Source of the DNA: Cyclobacteriaceae bacterium | GTDB taxonomy: Bacteria; Bacteroidota; Bacteroidia; Cytophagales; Cyclobacteriaceae | Length of the DNA: 64,000 nt | NCBI GenBank assembly: GCA_965267415.1 | Contig: OZ253955.1 | Span: 3,390,902 to 3,454,901 of the forward strand | Direction of reading: 5' to 3' | Part shown: positions 58,923-64,000 of the stretch, piece by piece | How positions within the stretch are numbered: the stretch's first letter is position 1 | Layout of the letters: each line of letters starts with the position of its first letter | The notes under the pieces: generated by a model | Database searches by the model: none | Told to the model about the DNA's origin: nothing | What the model saw: only the letters and a program-made list of their open reading frames with translations | Position numbers and translations under genes: made by a program

Positions 58923-58934
58923 AAATAAAAAAAT

Positions 58935-60329
58935 ATGGATTATCAAGTAGTAGTAATAGGTTCTGGTCCTGGTGGCTATGTAGCAGCGATACGATGTGCG
59001 CAGCTCGGACTCAAAACAGCAATCATAGAAAAGTATGATACACTGGGAGGCACCTGTTTGAATGTTGGTTGTATTCCTTCGAAAGCATTACTGGATTCAT
59101 CTGAACATTTTCATGCTGCCGAGCATAATTTCAAAACTCACGGAATTGACATTACCAAACCGAAGGTCAATCTTGAGCAAATGATTTCCAGGAAGGCTGA
59201 TGTGGTCAAGCAAAATGTGGATGGCATTGCGTTCTTAATGAACAAGAATAAGATTGATGTATTTCATGGGATGGGGAGTTTCATTGATAAGAACACCATT
59301 CAAATAGATGGTAAGAAAAAAGAAACGATCACTGCGGAAAAGGTGATCATAGCTACCGGATCAAAACCAGCAAACCTTCCTTTCATTGAACTGGACAAAG
59401 AACGTGTGATCACGAGCACTGAAGCTCTGGAACTGAAGGAAGTACCAAAGCACATGATCATCATTGGAGGCGGTGTAATAGGTGTTGAATTGGGCTCTGT
59501 ATATGCTCGACTGGGAGCAAAAGTATCGGTAGTTGAATTCCTGGATAACCTGATCCCTACGATGGATTCTACCATGGGTAAAGAGCTTCAAAAGGTTTTA
59601 AAGAAGATCGGGTTCGAGCTTTACTTAGGACATAAAGTAACGGCGGTGGAGCGAAAAGGAAAGAACGTAACGATCAAAGCGGAGAATAAGAAAGGAGAGA
59701 ATGTTGAATTGAAAGGAGATTACTGCTTGGTTTCAATTGGTAGAAGGCCATATACAGATGGGCTTGGGTTAGACAAGGCAGGAGTGAAAATGGATGACCG
59801 TGGACGTGTCGAAGTAGATGAACATTTAAGAACGAATGTCGATAATATTTACGCGATCGGGGACGTGGTAAAAGGTGCCATGCTTGCTCATAAAGCTGAG
59901 GAGGAAGGCGTTTTTGTTGCTGAGACGATCGTTGGACAAAAACCTCATATTCACTACAAATTGATCCCGGGAGTTGTTTATACCTGGCCTGAGGTCGCTT
60001 CTGTTGGATATACGGAGGAAGAATTGAAGGAGCAGGGTAGAGCCTATAAGACCGGAAAGTTTCCATACAAGGCACTTGGAAGAGCACGAGCAAGTATGGA
60101 TACAGACGGTCTCGTGAAGATCCTCGCAGACAAAGCCACGGATGAAATACTTGGAGTTCACATCATAGGAGCAAGAGCTGCTGACATGATTGCTGCAGGT
60201 GTTACGGCAATGGAATTCAGAGCTTCGGCAGAGGATGTAGCCAGAATGTCACACGCTCACCCTACCTATATGGAAGCCTTTAAAGAGGCTGCACTGGCAG
60301 CTACTGAAAACCGGCCGATCCACATGTAA
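58935..60329 (+). CDS. lpdA: Dihydrolipoyl dehydrogenase (E3)
   Basis: IGSGPGGY, GGTCLNVGCIPSK, GGGVIG, MLAHKA, HAHPT. Confidence 0.98.
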   Translation: MDYQVVVIGSGPGGYVAAIRCAQLGLKTAIIEKYDTLGGTCLNVGCIPSKALLDSSEHFHAAEHNFKTHGIDITKPKVNLEQMISRKADVVKQNVDGIAFLMNKNKIDVFHGMGSFIDKNTIQIDGKKKETITAEKVIIATGSKPANLPFIELDKERVITSTEALELKEVPKHMIIIGGGVIGVELGSVYARLGAKVSVVEFLDNLIPTMDSTMGKELQKVLKKIGFELYLGHKVTAVERKGKNVTIKAENKKGENVELKGDYCLVSIGRRPYTDGLGLDKAGVKMDDRGRVEVDEHLRTNVDNIYAIGDVVKGAMLAHKAEEEGVFVAETIVGQKPHIHYKLIPGVVYTWPEVASVGYTEEELKEQGRAYKTGKFPYKALGRARASMDTDGLVKILADKATDEILGVHIIGARAADMIAAGVTAMEFRASAEDVARMSHAHPTYMEAFKEAALAATENRPIHM

Positions 60330-60404
60330 GTCTTCGGGCTGACGAGCTGACATAAATCAGTTAGAAAAAAAGAACTATTATACGTCTTCGGTTGTGGTTA
60401 CTGT

Positions 60405-61031
60405 ATGGAAACCACAATTAACCTAGAACCTATTCTTGAGCGGGCATTAGCTCAAGCTGTTTCACCAACATCGTATGAAAATTTACTTGCTGAGCACGCT
60501 GCTAATGGCAGAACGTCAGGTTCCGATCAAACTGAAAGTCTGATCAATTACACTAAGCTCAATGCTCACAGAAGCAAGCGGGTAAGCAAGACTGTTCAAC
60601 TGAACGAAGAACTAGCAGCAGGTGTAAGAGACATTCATGAAAAACAAACATGGATTTTGATTACAGAGACCTGGTGTGGGGATGCAGCAAGCATTGTCCC
60701 CATAATTATGAAGGTGGCCGAATTAAATCCATTGATTGATCTTCGAATTGTGTTCAGGGACTCTAACCTTGAACTCATGGATCAGTTCCTTACTAATGGT
60801 GGAAGGTCCATTCCTAAGCTGATTGCAGTTGATAGCTCCAATGAGGTGCTCTTTGATTGGGGACCCAGACCACAAGATGCTCAACAACTTTTTTATGAAT
60901 GGAAGGATTCTGAGGGTGAAGTTTCACGTGATCAATTCCATGTTGACTTGCAGCAGTGGTACAATACCGATAAGGGAAGGTCACTTCAAAGAGAACTGCT
61001 GGAAGTTATTTTAGGGGTAGAGCAACAGTAA
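60405..61031 (+). CDS. Thioredoxin family protein (single-Cys WCGD type)
   Basis: YTKLNAHRSKR, TETWCGDA, LTNGGRSIPKL, WGPRP. Confidence 0.88.
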   Translation: METTINLEPILERALAQAVSPTSYENLLAEHAANGRTSGSDQTESLINYTKLNAHRSKRVSKTVQLNEELAAGVRDIHEKQTWILITETWCGDAASIVPIIMKVAELNPLIDLRIVFRDSNLELMDQFLTNGGRSIPKLIAVDSSNEVLFDWGPRPQDAQQLFYEWKDSEGEVSRDQFHVDLQQWYNTDKGRSLQRELLEVILGVEQQ

Positions 61032-62754
61032 ATTCGGAACCTTTACCGATCTGACTTTTCAGTTCTACCTTCCCATTGAGTTTTTCAACGGCCCTGTTCA
61101 GGATATGTAGGCCTAAACCGGTTCCCTCTATGGTGCGATTGGCTCTGAAGAACATCCTGAAGATCTTGGACTGCTCTTCCTCGGACATTCCAATGCCATT
61201 GTCTACAACCGTTATGATGATGCTTTCTTCATCGGATCGAATGATGATCTCGATTTTTGGTTTTACGTCATCCTGCCTGGCGTATTTGATACCATTTTCA
61301 ACAAGGTTTTGAATGATCGCATTGACCAGTGCCCATTCAGCTTCAAAAAAGATGTTTTCCTGAATATCAACAGAAAAATCAATCTTTTCGAAATTGTTGA
61401 GGTGTTGATATGAACTTATACAGTCGTAGATCAGCTGCTCGAAATCAATCTCTTTCTTGGCTTCTGACCCGTATACCAACTTTGTCAACTTCATTAACTC
61501 ATCCAGGATATCGTTAACCCGTTTAGCCTGATTGCTGTACTCAGTTAAGTATTTCAGTGCTGTTTCATCCTTGACATCCTCCTTGGCCAAATAGCCAAGG
61601 CTCATCATCGCTGTGATAGGGCCTTTCAGATCATGAGATATCCTATAAAAAAAAGAATCAAGTTCAATGTTCTTCCTTTCAATAATATCTGCTTTTTCTT
61701 TTTGTGTCTCTGCTTCACGCTCAAGAGATTTCATTTTTGTGATCACCTCGTAGCTCTCGATCACCTTTGCTGTTTTGTCATTGATCACGCTTTCCTTTTC
61801 CTGAACGTACTGGGTCATATACTTCAAAGCAAGCTCATAGTCGCCTTCAAGTTTAGCTACATCGTGAAGAAGAAGGTTTGCTTTGAATTTGATAATGATG
61901 ATCTTATTCTTGTTGCTATACTGCAACGCTTTGACCAAAATTTCCCTGGCCTGGTCAAGCTTTTCCATTTGGATGTAAAGTGCACCCAACTTGTGATAGG
62001 ACATGGCTTGCCCAAGTTTTTCGCCCATTTCTACATGGATATCTATTGAGTCAAGGAAGTCTTTCTCTGCCAGGTCATACTCTCCGGTTTTGGTATATAC
62101 TTTTCCCCTTCCGTACAATGCGAAGGCCAGGCCTCTTACATCATTGGTTTGTCGTTTCAGTTCAATAGATTTCTCTATGAGTGCCATTGCATCCTTAATC
62201 CTACCGTGATTCAAATAGATCCCGGAGAGTGGATTGTAGGCGTTAGATAGAAGGTTTGGGTCATTCGCTTTTTCTCCGGACTCAATGGCACCCTGATAAG
62301 ATTGGATGGCACTTTTTTCATCTCCGAAATACTCATAGATCGTGCCCATTGACTTCTGTACACGTGCCAGGTTGTGCCAGTCTTCATACTTTTTGTAAGT
62401 AGTCAGACAGTCTATGAGGTAAGTAAGTCCGAGGTTGTAATTGTCTGTCTTATAAAGACCTCCCGCAATATTGTATTTAGCATCAGCTATTCCGCGATCA
62501 TCGTTCACTTCCTCAAAGTATTCAATGGCTTCCTCTGCAATGTTGATCGAAAGTTCGAAATCCCCGATGATCATATGATAAAGGGAGAGTTGATTCAGGC
62601 ATTTGGCGGTATAATGATTGTCGCCAATTTCTTTACTTAGTTCAAGGCCTTCTGAGGCCAATTTCATACTACGCTCGAGATTGTTAATTCGCGAGGAATA
62701 CGCTTCATCAAGAAGCGATTGGATCTTCGTAGTTGTTGATAATATCGTCTCCAA
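61006..62754 (-). CDS. Cytoplasmic TPR-repeat sensor histidine kinase
   Basis: Several TPR units; H-box ISHDLKGP; NLVENGIKY, DNGIG, GTGLGL; TTG start. Confidence 0.9.
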   Translation of the reverse strand: METILSTTTKIQSLLDEAYSSRINNLERSMKLASEGLELSKEIGDNHYTAKCLNQLSLYHMIIGDFELSINIAEEAIEYFEEVNDDRGIADAKYNIAGGLYKTDNYNLGLTYLIDCLTTYKKYEDWHNLARVQKSMGTIYEYFGDEKSAIQSYQGAIESGEKANDPNLLSNAYNPLSGIYLNHGRIKDAMALIEKSIELKRQTNDVRGLAFALYGRGKVYTKTGEYDLAEKDFLDSIDIHVEMGEKLGQAMSYHKLGALYIQMEKLDQAREILVKALQYSNKNKIIIIKFKANLLLHDVAKLEGDYELALKYMTQYVQEKESVINDKTAKVIESYEVITKMKSLEREAETQKEKADIIERKNIELDSFFYRISHDLKGPITAMMSLGYLAKEDVKDETALKYLTEYSNQAKRVNDILDELMKLTKLVYGSEAKKEIDFEQLIYDCISSYQHLNNFEKIDFSVDIQENIFFEAEWALVNAIIQNLVENGIKYARQDDVKPKIEIIIRSDEESIIITVVDNGIGMSEEEQSKIFRMFFRANRTIEGTGLGLHILNRAVEKLNGKVELKSQIGKGSEFTVALPLK

Positions 62755-62844
62755 GAGGAGGTAGGTTCTGCGAGTTCAGTATAGAAAGATAAATTGATAT
62801 TGAGATTAATGGAAATCAAATTATCAAATGATGAAAAATGATCG

Positions 62845-62866
62845 AAAAAATAAGGGACTTCCCTTA
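62845..62866 (-). terminator. Probable terminator after the DHFR-VOC-DUF1801 operon
   Basis: TAAGGG-ACTT-CCCTTA with a U-tract on the minus strand. Confidence 0.55.
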
Positions 62867-62933
62867 ATACTTTTTTAAGCAAAATTCCTACTCAATGATT
62901 ATTGGATCTGAAGAAACTCTGTAGAATCCAATG

Positions 62934-63308
62934 TCAGGACTTCTTCTTCCTTACGTTGTATTTAACCATTTCGTCAAGGATCAAAGCTTCCTGAAGTATT
63001 TCGTTGATGAGTCGATCCGGGATTTTGTTAACCTCAAATAGATCAATTCCAGCGACTTGTTTTCGACACTTGAAGTCAAGAAGGCCTTGCTCATTCGAAA
63101 GTTCGTTGGCCCTGGCAAATGCAAGTTCAACACCACCTTTTTTGAGTGGGTTTAAATAGCATACCCAGCTTTTTCGATAGTACATGGGTATCCCATAGCT
63201 AATTTTTCCCATGAGATCGTACTCGTTGACCAGCCGGGTATGCAGGTAGTTGACAATTGCTTTTTCCTGGCCTTCTAATCCCCAAATGAATTGATCGATG
63301 GTTTTCAA
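62934..63308 (-). CDS. DUF1801 domain protein
   Basis: KISYGIPMY...WVCYLNP...VELAF...GLLDFKCRKQV. Confidence 0.8.
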   Translation of the reverse strand: MKTIDQFIWGLEGQEKAIVNYLHTRLVNEYDLMGKISYGIPMYYRKSWVCYLNPLKKGGVELAFARANELSNEQGLLDFKCRKQVAGIDLFEVNKIPDRLINEILQEALILDEMVKYNVRKKKS

Positions 63309-63680
63309 GGTAGCTTAAAGTGAGGGTTATAAATCAATCCAATGACATTGTTCCATGGATCCAGAAGTGTTGTGACCAATATCCCACTGCCCACATCTTT
63401 GATCTCCGTGTGTTCTTTAGCGCCCAGCTCTAGAAATCTTTTATGTTCAGTATGGATATCTTCAACTCCCCAATAAGGTCTCGATGTTGTCCGATCGATT
63501 TGATATTGGCTTTGGTTCTGGGAAAAGCCCAAGTTCATATCCACCGATCTCAAAACCCACGTAGAAGGGCTCATCGAAATACGGCCCTTTTCCAAATGCC
63601 TTTGTGTACCATTCCTTCGCTGATTCCAGATCAGGAACCAGGTAAATTACCGTTCTAAGTCCCAGAATATTCTTATTCAT
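63305..63680 (-). pseudogene. VOC/glyoxalase family gene split by a +1 frameshift (or a sequencing error)
   Basis: N-half MNKNILGLRTVIY...YFDEPFYVGFEIGGYELGL and C-half YWGVEDI...DPWNNVIGLIYNPHF are joined by removing one T at 63475-63476 (ACC TTA TTG vs ACC TAT TGG). Confidence 0.85.
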
Positions 63681-63683
63681 TTG

Positions 63684-64000
63684 CTATTGTTTTAATTCAT
63701 AAATCAGTTCAATTACACCGCTGTTGAATTCCCGACTTGATTTCAGTTGGAGAGGTTTACTAATTGCATCATCAGAGAAAAGTGAGACCCCTTCGCCAAG
63801 TATGATTGGCATTACATAAACTCTCAGTTCATCAAGTAGTCCATTATTTAAGAAAAGAGAATTAAGCTGTGCGCCTCCCACCAACCAGAGGTGCTTACCA
63901 GGTTTAGACCTGATTTCCGTAAGCCAACCTTTTATTTCATCGCTCACAAATGAGACATGCTCATTATCCACCAGATCTTTCTTGTGAGAAAGAACATAAT
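63684..64000 (-). CDS. Dihydrofolate reductase / RibD C-terminal family protein (runs off the right edge)
   Basis: KHLWLVGGAQL...LLDELRVYVMPIILGEGVSLF...GVIELIY; open to the edge. Confidence 0.88.
   Translation of the reverse strand, partial: YVLSHKKDLVDNEHVSFVSDEIKGWLTEIRSKPGKHLWLVGGAQLNSLFLNNGLLDELRVYVMPIILGEGVSLFSDDAISKPLQLKSSREFNSGVIELIYELKQ

Noticed and set aside
62755-62765. AGGAGGT on the plus strand (anti-SD on the kinase strand) beside the TPR kinase start
   Set aside because: No plus-strand start codon at SD distance and no pairing partner found; probably chance.
1-64000. tRNA, rRNA, CRISPR arrays, IS transposases, integrases
   Set aside because: No cloverleaf or T-loop signature in intergenic DNA, no spaced direct-repeat array, and no transposase or recombinase motifs in any ORF, by visual inspection only.

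Overview
Chromosomal segment of a Bacteroidota genome. Gene content and order (rpsP-rimM-trmD, GT5-DUF4270-glmS, nrdB-nrdA, long SecA, TAnnTTTG promoters) point to a Cytophagales-like, probably aquatic or marine organism; this is inference. Most of the window is housekeeping: ruvB, queG, class Ia nrdBA, rplU-rpmA, serS, rho, gltX, glmS, panCD, secA, dapF, rplS, trmD, rimM, rpsP, sucAB-lpdA. It also carries several peptidases, phosphate transporters and a B12-photoreceptor/ECF-sigma carotenoid cluster. I saw no rRNA, tRNA, CRISPR array, IS element or prophage. The strongest unexplained structures are: (1) a four-helix-bundle (23S-IVS-protein family) gene inside sucB-lpdA, flanked by inverted heptamer arrays that can fold into a ~25-bp stem covering its own start and stop codons, like an intervening sequence in an mRNA; (2) a candidate ~90-nt sRNA with its own promoter and terminator between queG and ruvB; (3) a histidine kinase with His replaced by Gln, inserted with a response regulator between trmD and rplS; (4) a standalone NUMOD4-HNH protein with an AT-hook; (5) a divergent PiT-like/Na-Pi transporter pair; (6) structured leaders upstream of rho and of a PAS-GAF kinase. 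All family assignments come from motif recognition by eye; no database search was run.
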